DNA of 64,000 nucleotides from Squalus acanthias (lineage: Eukaryota): positions 40,672,001 to 40,736,000 of the forward strand of contig CM059443.1 of the NCBI GenBank assembly GCA_030390025.1, written 5' to 3'. A program made the position numbers and the translations under genes. Positions 33,665 through 45,994 of this stretch are shown piece after piece (the first letter of the stretch is position 1; every line of letters starts with the position of its first letter). The notes under the pieces were generated by a model, which did no database searches, was not told the DNA's origin, and saw nothing but the letters and a program-made list of their open reading frames with translations.

Positions 33665-36150
33665 TATCTAGTAAAACGTCCCAGGGCGTTTCACAGGAAC
33701 GATTATCAAACAAAATTTGACACCGAGCCACAGAAGAAATTAGGACAGGTGACCAAAAGCTGGGTTGAAGAGGTGTTAAGCAGCATTTGAAGGGAGGGTG
33801 GAGAGGCGGAGAAAGTCATGGAGGGAATTCCTGAGCTCGGGGCCTCAGCAGTTGAAGGCACGGCCGCCAATGGTGGAGCGATTAAAATCGGGGGATGCGC
33901 AAGAGGCCAGAATTGGAGGAGCACAGAGATCTCGGGGGGTTGTAGGGCTGGAGGAGGTTACAGAGATAGGGAGAGGGCGAGGGCCATGGAGGGGTTTGAA
34001 CATAAGAATAAGAATTTTAAAATCGAGGCATTGCTGGACCAGGAGCCAATGTAGGTCAGCGAGCACAGGGGGTGACGGGTGAACAGGACTTGGTGTGAGT
34101 TAGGATAGAATCATCGAATCTTACAGCACAGAAGGAGGCCATTCGGCCCATCGTGCCTGTGCCGGCTCTTTGAAAGAGCTCTCCAATTAGTCCCACTCCC
34201 CCCAGCTCCTTCCCCAGAGCCCTGCAAATATTTCCCCTTCAGGTCTTTCTTTCCTTTTCTTTTCAGAAAGCACTTACTGCATTTCTCCAGCGCCTTTCAC
34301 TACCTCAGGAGGTCCCAAAGCGCTTTACAGCCAATGAAGTACTTTTTGAAGTGGAGTCACTGTTGTAATGTAGGAAATGCAGCAGCCAATTTGCACACAG
34401 CAAGATCCCACAAACAGCAATGAAATAAATCAGCAGATAAATTGTTTTAGGTCATTCAGTCCCATTGTACGGAATCCCAACGGACCAAACCCCTTCCCAT
34501 TTAATCCCATGGGATAGAATGTCTGATCCAAGCAGGACAATGCTTAATAAAATCCTGATCCAAAGGAACATTGACCCCAACGAGCTGGCTTGTAATTGCT
34601 CAGGACAGTAAATCCACTGTCAGATTTAATCTCCAGCACCAAACCCTCTCCCTCAATGGCCTGGCTGGTTAAGGCACTGCCCAGTGAGCCATATGGGTGA
34701 GAAGGTCACAGTTCAATCCTAAGTTAGCTCTCAGTCGGGGGCCGTGATTGGTTTACACCTGTTGGCCTCAGTGCCCTGGCCTAGTGAGGGGAAACTCATC
34801 CAGGATTCCAGCTCCTGACAACTGTCCAGTGACTGTCTAAAAGGATGTGTGCGCGTGAATGAATGTTGGGTTGAAAACAGGACTGGGCACAGACATGAAG
34901 CTTCCTACAGCCGATGTTTCCGGATGAGCATGGAGCCAGGTACAGGAGGGCGGCCACTCCAGCCAGTGCCTGTGGGACTCGGGCCTTTGCTCCTTATCCC
35001 TCGCTACCCTTACCCAACAGAAATCTCTCCATCTCAGTCTTGAAAGCTCCAATTGACCCTCAGCATCCACAGCTTTTTGGGGGAGAGTTCCAGATTCCCA
35101 CCACCCTTTGTGTGAAGAAGTGCTTCCTGACATCATCCCTGAACGGCCTGGCTCTAATTTTAAGGTTCTGCCCTCTTGTTCTGGACTCCCCCCACCAGAG
35201 GAAATAGTTTCTCTCTATCGACCCTATCAACTCCTTTAATCATCTTAAACACCTCGATCAAATCACCCCTTAATCTTCTAAACTCGAGGGAATACAAGCC
35301 TAGTCTGTACAACCTGGCCTCATAATTTAACCCTTTTAGCCCCGGAATCATTCTGGTGAATCTGCGCTGCCCCCCCTCCAAGGCCAATACATCCTTCCTG
35401 AGGTGCGGTACATCGGTGGGGGGAAATCCTCCTTGTGTCTGTTTAAAGATGTTAACGACTGGTGATGGAAGGCTAGAGGTTGCATGGGAGTCTTTGTTTA
35501 TAATTTTATTATGAGCGGTGTGGTTGTCATGGTGACAGGAACTGCTGGATTATGCCCGAGGGGTGTTTCCAAAACACAGCAGAACTTTCTTGGTTACATC
35601 ACTGGGGCAGCTGCAGTCAGCACTGCCCGCCAGCGCTCCGCTGTGACTGCCACACTCCTTGAGAGATTAAGATGCGTGACGGCTCATTTACCAAGGAATG
35701 CACTTACAATTTCCAGTCCTCTCCCTCTCCTGTACTAACCAAGTCCAGTTCACCCATCACCCCAGAGCTCGCTGACCTACAATGGCTCCTAGTCCGGCAA
35801 CGCCTCGATATTAAAATTCTCATCCTTGTTTTCAAATCCCTCCATGGCCCTCGCCCCTCCCTATCTCTGTAATCTCCTCCAGCCCTACAAACCCCCCGAG
35901 ATCTCTGCGCTCCTCCAATTCTGGCCTCTTGAGCATCCCCGATTTCCATCGCTCCACCATTGGCGGCCGTGCCTTCAGCTGCCTGGGCCCCAAGCTCTGG
36001 AATTCCCTCCCTAAACCTCTCCGCCGCTCTCTCTCTCCTTTAAGACGCTCCTTAAAACCGACCTCTTTGGTCACCTGTCCTAATATCCCCTTATGTGGCT
36101 CGGTGTCAAATTTTGTTTGATAATCGCTCCTGTGAAGCGCCTTGGTGGAC
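33665..36150. mobile_element. Cluster of L2 3' ends (33665-34105, 35735-36147), CR1 fragments (34105-34245, 34990-35410) and SINE pieces
   Basis: RSTIGGRAFSC L2 motif in both orientations; RRFTRMIPG CR1 motif. Confidence 0.75.
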
Positions 36151-36352
36151 ATTCAACCATGGGGGGCACTACCACGGCGAGGGATCCTGTCCTCAGCTGG
36201 TGCCCACACATGGGTACTTTCCGGCGGGGAGGAGGGGTGACGTCATTGGGTAGTGACCAGGAGCTGGAACCCTGGCTGATTTTCGAGTCCAGGGGCTTGG
36301 AGATCAATAGTCGTGTCCCGATTAACACTCCCGAGATCAGCCAGCCAAAAGA

Positions 36353-36813
36353 TGAAAGAAAGATTTGCATTTCTACAGCGCCTTTCACAACTTCAGGACG
36401 TCCCAAAGCGCTTTACAGCCAATGAAGTACTTTTTGAAGTGTGGTCACTGTTGTAATGTAGGAAACGCGGCAGCCAATTTGCGCACAGCAAGCTCCCACA
36501 AACAGCAATGTGATAATGACCAGATAATCTGTTTTAGTGATGTTGGTTGAGGGATAAATATTGGCCCCAGGACACTGGGGAGAACCCCCCTGCTCTTCTT
36601 CAAAATAGTGCCGTGGGATCTTTTACGTTCACCTGAGAGGGCAGACGGGACCTCGGTTTAACATCTCATCTGAAAGACGGCACCTCTGACAGTGCAGCGC
36701 TCCCTCAGCACTGCACTGGGAGTGTCAGGCTGGATTGTGGGCTCAAGTCTCTGGAGTGGGACTCGAACCAATGACCTTCTGACTCAGAGCTGCCCACTGA
36801 GCCACGGCTGACA
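36353..36813 (-). mobile_element. Deu-domain-like SINE, near full length (partial copies at 38324-38620 and 42903-43140)
   Basis: Colinear with 16308-17040. Confidence 0.8.
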
Positions 36814-37880
36814 CTTGGAATCAGGGGCCTCCTCGTCTTTGTGAACTGACGAAAATGCCGGAGAGAGGAAAAATTAGTCCATCGAGCCTGTACCATGTGG
36901 TCCAGTACCACACAGGATGGTGCCACTACCCACTGAGTCACTGTGGGAGGAATGGGGCAAGGGGGAGGAATAGGGGCTGGAAGGGGTCTGAGGAACGCTA
37001 CTTCCTGCTTTCCTTGTGAATTTTATGAGCTTGTTTCTAAATTAATGTTCCTCTCATTCCTCAACAATGTCACGTTCTGACTGGAGGGAACAAAGCGGCT
37101 GCCGCCCGGGCCCAAACCATCCAGCAGTAATTTGTTGTTATTATATCGGACTGGGTTTCATTAGCTCCCAGTTGACAGCTATGAGGTAAGTTTTAAAGAA
37201 AGCAGAACGCCACCAAACAGAACCAGGCTCAGGCCATAAACTACCTGTAATGAGGAGGTCCAGCCTTGGCAAGCCTGCCTTGTAAATTAATACCTCAGCG
37301 AGGAGTCTGCCCTCAGGCTGCAGCATGCTGAGCAAGGGCCTGGTTTGGCAGTCTGCCTCCGCATCAGGAGACTGGGCTGTAAATTGTCAACGGGTTCCAG
37401 GGACAGGTCTCAACACGAGTAGATTGACTTGTTTACAATGATCTTCAGGCAACGATGGGGGAGGGGGGAGGGGGGGGTGCGGGGGGGGGGGTTAAGGGAC
37501 ACACAACACAAACTTCCCAAGGGCTCAGCTCTAACAGAGCTCAGTCACGAACTCTCGGCAGCAGGTCCGGGGCCTAGCAACAGGCCTGTGCTAGTTGTCG
37601 GGAGCCTGGGGTGGTTGGGGGAGAGTCGTCACCTGGGTCATAGTGCAGTGGGCCAGAATCATTTCAGTTACTTACTTAACACAACAATCTTTGGGAAAAA
37701 AGAAAGCATTTGTTTCCAACTTCAAACGGAGAGTAATCCACAGCCCGCTGACGCCCTCCAGTGTCTCCGCCGCATTTATTCACAGACATTTGTTCCTCAA
37801 TGTGAATTCTTGACATTAGACTTTTAAATATATACGGGGGTTAAGGGCATGTGTCAATTTCTTCCAATAGAAAGCCCTTT

Positions 37881-38010
37881 GTCCGTATTTACAATGGAAA
37901 CTTTCTATGTAAACTTGTCACGCTGTGATGACACCCTCCGGCCAGTGGAGTCGCTGCAGTGACACGTTTACATAGACAATTTCCATTCTAAATGTGGACA
38001 CAGGAATTTA
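37881..38010. mobile_element. Palindromic MITE-like element, second copy
   Basis: Inverted ends homologous to 1016-1147. Confidence 0.6.
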
Positions 38011-38999
38011 TGGTGTCAGAAGTTTCATAAGGACTTAAGCACCGATTTTAATTGGGTGTAGGAGTCGGTTGGCCGGGGGTGGGGTCAACACTTTCCACCA
38101 CCCCCTGCCCGACCCCCTGACCTCCGCAGTGAGAGGTCTGGACGATTTTAACTCCTGGGCCTCATGTGCTTGTTCCCGGTCAGTTGCCTGCTCGAAACCA
38201 GCGGGGAGCTGGAGCTGACGGAAGCTGAATTTCGGGTATGGGTTTGAGATTCTTGAAACTCATCCCATGCCCGCGTTCTGCGGTCCATTTGCTCGGGTCG
38301 AGGGCTGTAGGGTTCTACAGGCTGGACGTCCCAAAGCGCTTCACAGCCAATTCATTACTTTTTGAAGTGTGGTCACTGTTGTAATGTAGGAAACGCGGCA
38401 GCCAATCTGCGCACAGCAAGCTCCCACAAACAGCAATGAGATAAAGGACCAGATCATCTGCTTTTTAGTGGTGTTGGTTGAGGGATAAATATTGGACCCG
38501 AGACACCGGGGAGAACTCCCCCTGCTCTTCTTCCAATAGTGGCCGTGGGATCTTTTTCATCCACCTGAGAGGGCCTCGGTTTAACGTCTCATCTGAATGA
38601 CGGCACCTCCGACAGCGCCAGTGACAGATTCTAACTTTGCACCATCTTAACGATGGGTACAGAAGCCCAGTGGCTCTGGCACTGGATCAGCAGTGAGTTA
38701 CAACCCCACCAGGGCAAGTTGTGAAATTGAACTCAATAAATCTGGTAATTTGTGGGCTGGCAGCAGGAATAGGAGCACAAAAGCTTCCAGATTGCCATAA
38801 AAACCCAACCGGTTCACTCATGTCCTTGAGAGAAGCTGGGCTACTTCCCCTACTTGTGACTCCAGTCCCACACTACGTCTTTGATGCTTAACGCCCTCTG
38901 AAGTGGCCAGAAACTCACCCAGTTATAAACAAATCGCTACAAACTTCGATTGAAGAACATTGGCCGGACCCTATCAGTAATGAGCCAGGCACTGTCTCC

Positions 39000-39655
39000 T
39001 CAGCTCAACCATCTCCAGCTGCTTCATCAATGACCTTCCCTCCATCATAAGGTCAGGACTGGGGCTGTTCAGCTCCATTCACAACTCCTCTGATAATGAG
39101 ATAGCCCATGCCCGCCTACAGCAGGACCTGGGCAACATCTTGACTTGGGTTGGCAAGTGGCAGGTAACATTCATGCCACACAAGTGCCAGGTAATGACCA
39201 TCTCGATCGCGAGAAATCCCAGCCACCTCCCCTTGACCTTCAACAGCAGCCTCATCACTGAACCCCCTCCCACCATCAACAGCTTGGGGGCCACCACTGT
39301 CCAGGAGCTGAACTGGACCAACCATTTCACCATTGTGGCCACAAGAGCAGGACAGAGGGGTGCTCCGTGACAAGAGGCTCACCTCCTGACTCCTCAATCC
39401 CTCTCCACCCTCTACCAGGTTCAAGTCAGGGATGTGATGGAAACTTGCCACTCACCTGGACAGGTGCAGCCTCAACAACACTCACAAAACTTGGCACCGC
39501 CCAGGGCAGAGCACTACAATTGATGGACCCCCTGCCACTGGACCCAGTATCCACTCCCACCACCACCAGCGCCCCATGGCTGCAACGTTTACAATCAACG
39601 AGATGCACTACAGCAACTCACCAAGGTTACTTCAACAGTACCGCCCTTCCTCATG
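39000..39655 (+). mobile_element. Degraded non-LTR retrotransposon RT fragment
   Basis: CFINDLPS and WQVTFMPHKCQVM motifs. Confidence 0.75.
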
Positions 39656-39736
39656 GCCCTGAGAGCAAATCGTTCACTTAGAAAAAGGCCTTTGGTGGCA
39701 CAATTCTTAAATTCTCGATCAGGTTTGATTACATAC

Positions 39737-39847
39737 CTATCCACTGATTGGCTGAGCTTTCTACCTCATTGCAGGTGGTCCCATCGCACAGCTCGCGAGC
39801 CAGGGGGCTCGTTTCACTCACGTTGTAAAACCGCGTCGCCTCGAATG
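39737..39847 (-). CDS. CPAMD8: CPAMD8 exon
   Basis: ctgcag| and G|gtatgt; [37 protein letters not shown]. Confidence 0.92.
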
Positions 39848-39896
39848 CTGCAGGAGCAAGAATATCATCAATGCCCATCATCCGACTGTATACACG

Positions 39897-40533
39897 GCAT
39901 CATCCAGTGCAGAGACACTGCACACTGCATCATCCAGTGCAGAGACACTGCACACTGCATCATCCAGTGCAGACACTGCACACACTGCATCACCCAGTGC
40001 AGAGACACTGCATCATCCAGTTCAGAGACACTGCACACACTGCATCATCCAGTGTCGAGACACTGCATACACTGCATCATCCAGTACAGACACTGTGCAC
40101 ACTTCATCATCCAGTGCCGAGACACTGCACACTGCATCATCCAGTGCCGAGACACTGCACACTGCATCATCCAGTGCAGAGACACTGCACACTGCATCAT
40201 CCAGTGCAGAGACACTGCATCATCCAGTTCAGAGACACTGTGCACACTGCATCATCCAGTGCCGAGACACTGCACACTGCATCACCCAGTGCAGAGACAC
40301 TGCACACACTGCATCATCCAGTGCCGAGACACTGCACACTGCATCATCCAGTACCGAGACACTGCACACTGCATCATCCAGTTCAGAGACACTGCACACT
40401 GCATCATCCAGTGCAGAGACACTGCACACTGCATCATCCAGTGCAGAGACACTGTGCACACTGCATCATCCAGTGCAGAGACACTGTGCACACTGCATCA
40501 TCCAGTGCAGAGACACTGTGCACACTGCATCAT
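39897..40533. repeat. About 30-bp minisatellite
   Basis: gcatcatccagtgcagagacactgcacact. Confidence 0.95.
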
Positions 40534-41920
40534 CTGAGAGCTCAACATTGCCGGTGGAGGGCTGTGCTTGACCTCCCAAAGCGCTCTTTATGACCTACCC
40601 CACAGTAAAAGTTGAACTCTCAGTTCAGTGAACCCCATAACAACCGGGATAGTAACTTAGTAAGAGTTTCAGGCAGGAGAAACCCTTTGGCCCATCTATC
40701 CACATTATCCCCTCGGTGCATTTTGAATAACCCTGAATCCTATTTGTTGACCAGAACCTGCCTAGTTCCTTCTTGAAACCCATTAAGGTTTCTTCTTCCT
40801 AACCCGTGCTGGTAATCTGTTCCCCATACTCACCACCCTCTTAGTGAAAAACATCCTCCTGCATTTCCTATTTTCCTTTGCTGTCCTTAATTTGTAAATG
40901 TGACCCTTTGTGCTTAAATTCTGTACACGGCAGAAAAACTTACTTGGATCGAATTTGTCCAAATCTACATCATTGGGTCTCCGTAGCAATGACCTAACGC
41001 AATGTCACTTAGCTCCAGCCCACTTGTGCCGATGTGAGCAGATTAAAATGCCAGACCACGAGCTCAGATGGCAGACCCCCTAGTCCAGGGGAACTGATGA
41101 CCGAACTCAGCACGGACCACGGGCTGAGCCTGGGATCGTGCTCTGTAAGACTCACTGTCCGAGCTCACTGGTTCTGTGTGTAATTCAATAAAGAGGCTGC
41201 GGCAAAACTGAAATGGCTCCAGTTTTAAATTCTGCAGCAACAACAAATCAATCACGTCAGAAGAAAAGACCATGTGGCACAATTCTTAAATTTTCGATAG
41301 TTGTGGGTAACGAAGAATCGGGTTTGTGTGGCGCACGAGCGAGCCTGTGGGACTGGCACGCACAGAGCTCATTCTAACATGAAAAGGAGCTTTAAAAGGT
41401 GGTTCGGCGAGTGTCCCGACTCCCCCCCACGCCAGTGTGAATTGGGAAGATGCCAGTGCTGGAGCTCGGCCTGTTGAAACAGGCTTCTTAAAGGGGGTTG
41501 GTAGCTGTGGTTGCTGCAAGCGGTCTTCAGTGTTTGATGGCCCGTGGGGCCGTTCCCACTGGGTCTCGAACCCATTTCAACCAGCAAGCTTGCGGGGCAG
41601 CTCCCAAAGGCCAAGGGCCCACAGCTAGGGGATGCCAACTCTGGTTGGACGTATTCCTGGAGGTCTGATCACATGACCACCTCTCTCCAACTTTCACGCC
41701 CCCCACCATTGGTTGCCCGGTGGTGCCCCGCCCCCACACTCCCCTGCCATTGGTCGCCCGGCAGTGCCCCGCCCCCACGCTCCCCCGCCATTGGTTGCCC
41801 GGCGGTGCCCCGCCCCCATGCTCCCCCGCCATTGGTCGCCTGATTGGATGATTTTTGACTGTCAATCAAACAGCCTCTTCTTTCCTAATCTCCAATATTT
41901 CTATAATTAATAAACAAAAG

Positions 41921-42556
41921 CATTTCGAGGAACTCGAGGAAGAGCACCTCATCTTTCGATTAGGCACTTTACAGCCTTCTGGATTCAACATCGAGTTCAA
42001 CAATTTCAGGCCATAACCACTGCTCCCATTTTCTCGGACAGCAGCTGCTGGTAATGAACATAAGAAATAGGAGCAGGAGTCGGTCATTCGGCCCCTCGAG
42101 CCTGCTCCGCCATTCAATAAGATCATGGCTGATCTGATCTTGGCCTCAACTCCACTTCCCTGCCCGCTCCCCATAACCCTTGACTCCCTTACCATTCAAA
42201 AATCTGTCTAATGGTTCTGCTGTTGCCATTTATACCTCCTCTAGACCCAACTTTTGTTTCTTTACTTGTCCCATTACCATCTCCTTTTGCCTTGCACCAT
42301 CTCTTAATGTCTCTTAATCTCTCCTGCCTTCCACCCTATCACAGACCTTCTCTTTTGTTCTTTCCTCCCCTCCCCCCTTTCCCTGCACTTGCTTAAAACT
42401 TTTTACATCTCTAACTTTTTCCAGTTCTGATGAAAGGTCATCGACTTGAAACGTTAACTCTGTTTCTCTCTCCACAGATGCTGCCTGACCCGCTGAGTGT
42501 TTCCAGCATTGTCTCTTTTGATTTCAGATTTCCTGCACCCGGGGTATTTTGCTTTT
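41921..42556 (+). mobile_element. Second Penelope-like 3' fragment, with a CR1 tail inserted at 42057-42208
   Basis: LEEEHLIFRLGTLQPSGFNIEFNNF; flanks ataaacaaaag and ataaacagaag; inner duplication taatg. Confidence 0.85.
42423..42459 (+). ncRNA. Minimal type I hammerhead ribozyme motif
   Basis: AGUU-CUGAUGA-A-AGGUC(AUC)GACUU-GAAACGUU-AACU. Confidence 0.8.
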
Positions 42557-42716
42557 ATAAACAGAAGTGTTGATCGGTTATGATTTTTCTCCCGGGTGTT
42601 GCTGGCTGCAGGGTCCTGGAGATTAATCTTCGATTCCTGGAGACTCCAGGCCATCCCTGGAGGGTTGGTGACCCGAACCACAGGACCATCCTGTGCCCGC
42701 GCTGCTAGAACCCTAC

Positions 42717-42822
42717 CTGGTTCATAGTAGTCGTACACCTTGACCGGGACAGGAGCTGTTTTCCCAATGATATACTCTCGGTATGCATAGAACTTGACAC
42801 AGGTCATACACTGGCTGGGGAT
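42717..42822 (-). CDS. CPAMD8: CPAMD8 exon (A2M receptor-binding domain)
   Basis: tgttcag| and G|gtaggg; [35 protein letters not shown]. Confidence 0.93.
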
Positions 42823-43567
42823 CTGAACAGAGGAGAGAGAGAGAGAGAGAGATTGAGAATGTCCAAAAATGTCCACATTCCATCCGATTCAACATTTAAA
42901 GCAAGAAAGAACTTGTATTTCTCCAGCACCTTTCACCACCTCAGGACGTCCCAAAGCGCTTCACAGCCAATGAAGTACTTTTGAAGTCACTGTTGTAATG
43001 TAGGAAACTCGGCAGCCAAGCTATGCACAGCAAGCTCCCACAGCAATGTGATAATGACCAGATAATCTGTTTTAGGGATGTTGATTGAGGGATAAATCTT
43101 GGCCCCAGGACACCGGGGATAATTCCCCTGCTCTTCTTCGACACTCATTTAGGGAAATGATTTTCTCCCCCATCTCCTGAAGGTGCCTCACCCACACGAC
43201 ATTTCATCACGTGAGCCCAGAGAGAGAGAGAGTGTCGGCCCCACCCGGTGATTGAGGGTCCAGACCGAAGAGACATCGATACCAGATTAAATGCAAGAGA
43301 TTTAGGACAGAGAGCAGCAGGAACTTATTTAGGCAGAGGGTGCTGACGCTGTGGAATGCACGCCCGGAGTTAGTCATGGAAACAGAGACCATCCCAACAT
43401 TTAAGAACAGGTTAGATCAGTCGTTGAAGGAAAGGGGGAATAAATGGATCTGGGTTGAGGGTGGGTACACGGGGTTAGGAGACTGCTCGCGTGGAAGGTA
43501 AACTCCAAGCACTGACTGGACGGGCCGAATGGGTCTGTTTCCGTGTTGATTTTAACCCTGCCAGCCC

Positions 43568-43868
43568 CGGTCAGATCAGCTCACTCAGCACAGGCCGGGG
43601 CTGGAGCCTGGGCCTTTCCTGCTGTGTGTGTGTGGGGCTCAGTCCCACACCGGGTCAGATCAGCAATCTCAGCACAGGCCGGGGATGGAGCCTGGGTCTT
43701 TCCTGCTGTGTGTGTGGGGCTCAGTCCCACACCGGGTCAGATCAGCTCACTCAGCACAGGCCGGGGATGGAGCCTGGGCCTTTCCTGCTGTGTGTGTGGG
43801 GCTCAGTCCCACACCGGGTCAGATCAGCAATCTCAGCACAGGCCAGGGCTGGAGCCTGGGCCTTTCCT
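43568..43868. repeat. About 78-bp tandem repeat, about 4 copies
   Basis: ggtcagatcagc...cacaggccggggatggagcctgggcctttcctgctg. Confidence 0.9.
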
Positions 43869-43913
43869 GATGATGTGTTTTTTATTTAATTGATTCTTTA
43901 ATTTCTCTCTTAC

Positions 43914-43988
43914 CTCATCGAAGTAAAACAGAACTTTCCTTCCGTCCATTTCATATCGTTTCAGTTCAATCTGTTTCCCCAGGAGCAG
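43914..43988 (-). CDS. CPAMD8: CPAMD8 exon (A2M receptor-binding domain)
   Basis: ctcccag| and GAG|gtaaga; LLLGKQIELKRYEMDGRKVLFYFDE; phase 0-0. Confidence 0.92.
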
Positions 43989-44462
43989 CTGGGAGAGAAG
44001 AGAAAGCTGTGTTGAATTTATCTCCCTCGGACTTGCAAAATAAACCGGATTTCATTTTATCGTCAACCTTTAAGTTCTTTTGATCAACTAGTGCAATAGA
44101 GGGGAGATTGAGAACATTTGCCTGCCTCTTCCTGTCCTGAAGGAGTTAACTCCCGTTGAGGTCCACAGACGCTGGCTGCATCGCCGGACCTCAACCAAGC
44201 GCCATTCTAGACGCGCCGACCCGGGCAGCGAGGGGGTGGCCGGCTATTCAACTGTGGAGAGCGTCGTCACTGAGTCTGATCCTGTGCTCGCTGTTCAGGC
44301 GCACACAGAGGGGTTAAAATTAAACATCGCTGGGGGAGCGATAGCAACTCGGCTGTCGGTTATACACCCCGCCCGATTTTCCATTCCACTGAGGTCCGCC
44401 GAGTTGAATTTCCCCCACATTTTCCAGCAAGATTGCCGGCTGATTAACATCTCCTTTCCTGG

Positions 44463-45028
44463 TTAGAATCTCACAGCACAGGAGGAGGCCATTCGGCCCA
44501 TCATGCCTGTGCCGGCTCTTTGAAAGAGCTCTCCAATTAGTCCCACTCCCCCCTGCTCTTCCCCACAGCCCTGCAAATTTTTCTTTTTCAAGTATTTATC
44601 CAATTCCCTTTTGAAAGTTATTATTGAATCTGCTTCCACCGCCCTTTCAGGCAGCACAGTCCAGATCACAACAACTCGCTGCGTAAAAAACATTCTCCTC
44701 ATCTCGCCTCTGGTTCTTTTGCCAATTATCTTCAATCTGTGTCCTCTGGTTATCGGCCCTCCTGCCACTGGAAACAGTTTCTCTTTATTTACTCCAGCAA
44801 AACCCTTCATGATTTTGAACGCCTCTATTAAATCTCCTCTTAACCTTCTCTGCTCTAAGGAGAACAATCCCAGCTTCTCCAGTCTCTCCACGTAACTGAA
44901 GTCCCTCATCCCTGGGACCATTCTAGTAAATCTCCTCTGCACCCTCTCCAGGGCCTTGACATCCTTCCTAAAGTGCGGTGCCCAGAATTGTACGCCAGCT
45001 GGGGGCTAAACCAGTCATTTGTAAAGGT
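44463..45028 (-). mobile_element. CR1 3' fragment
   Basis: RRFTRMVPGMRDFSYVERLEKLGLFSLE. Confidence 0.9.
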
Positions 45029-45994
45029 TTGGCCCCTAAACAGCAGCGATCAGCTGGCACAGCCTAGAGAGAGGGCTGAATCTGGGGCCCCCTGCTCTGT
45101 GTGCCTCAGTGTCCCATTGCCTTCACCAACTGAAGCCACAGGGGCTCGGAGATTTAATCTAATCCCAATATTAAGAGAACGTCAATCTAACAGATAACTG
45201 GGCTGCGATCCAAGCACAGACCCTGTGACTGGGAGGCCCACGCTCCACCCCTGAACACCAGTCTGCCAGAAATGTTTTAATTATGTATATATATATATAT
45301 ATTTTTTAAAACGACTCCCCCCGCCTTCTGAATGACCTTTATTTTAATATGGGGGGGGGGGGGGTGGTTCTTTAACGGGACCCCCCTCTGATACTTGCGG
45401 CTGTTAAACTCCCCAGGTTCTGCTACCCAGATACAATGTCTCTCTCACACACACGGACTCAGGAGATGGCAGGGTGACCTCATGAGCTCTTGCTGGGCAA
45501 GGGTAGCGAGGAAATCACAGGCTGACGTACAGAGGAACAAAGGAGAGGTCTGTGTGAGCGAGTCAGAGCCCAGATCCTGCCCTCACACTGTGCCACATTA
45601 CAGCTCCATCACAAGAAATATTGCCCAGTCTCTGGGGAAGCTTCATAAAACACAAACTGGAGCAAAAGTTCCATCTATTAAAGTCTGTGATAAGTGCACA
45701 CGACGTGAACTCGTAGCCGAGGCAAGTAAAGAGCCCCTTTTAATTTGGTGTTAGGGTTTTACAGGCCCCGAAGGCTGTAGTTAATATTTCATAGATCGAA
45801 GGGCAGCAACAGGCCGCAGACAGACGCTTTACCATGTTCTCTTGCACACTGGCGCCACGGAGAATTGTGCTCCCCAGCAAGAGCTGAGTTTTACAGGCTG
45901 CTGTGATGAAGAGCCCAACCCTATCCCCGCCCACAGCTGGGAACAGCATTCGCAGGTGGACAACCAGAGATGGCACTGCCGCAAACTGTTCCAA

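Noticed and set aside
36845-41105. Other ctgacga/ctgatga hits (36847, 41094; also 25788) as hammerheads
   Set aside because: No helix II followed by GAAA, and no helix I pairing.
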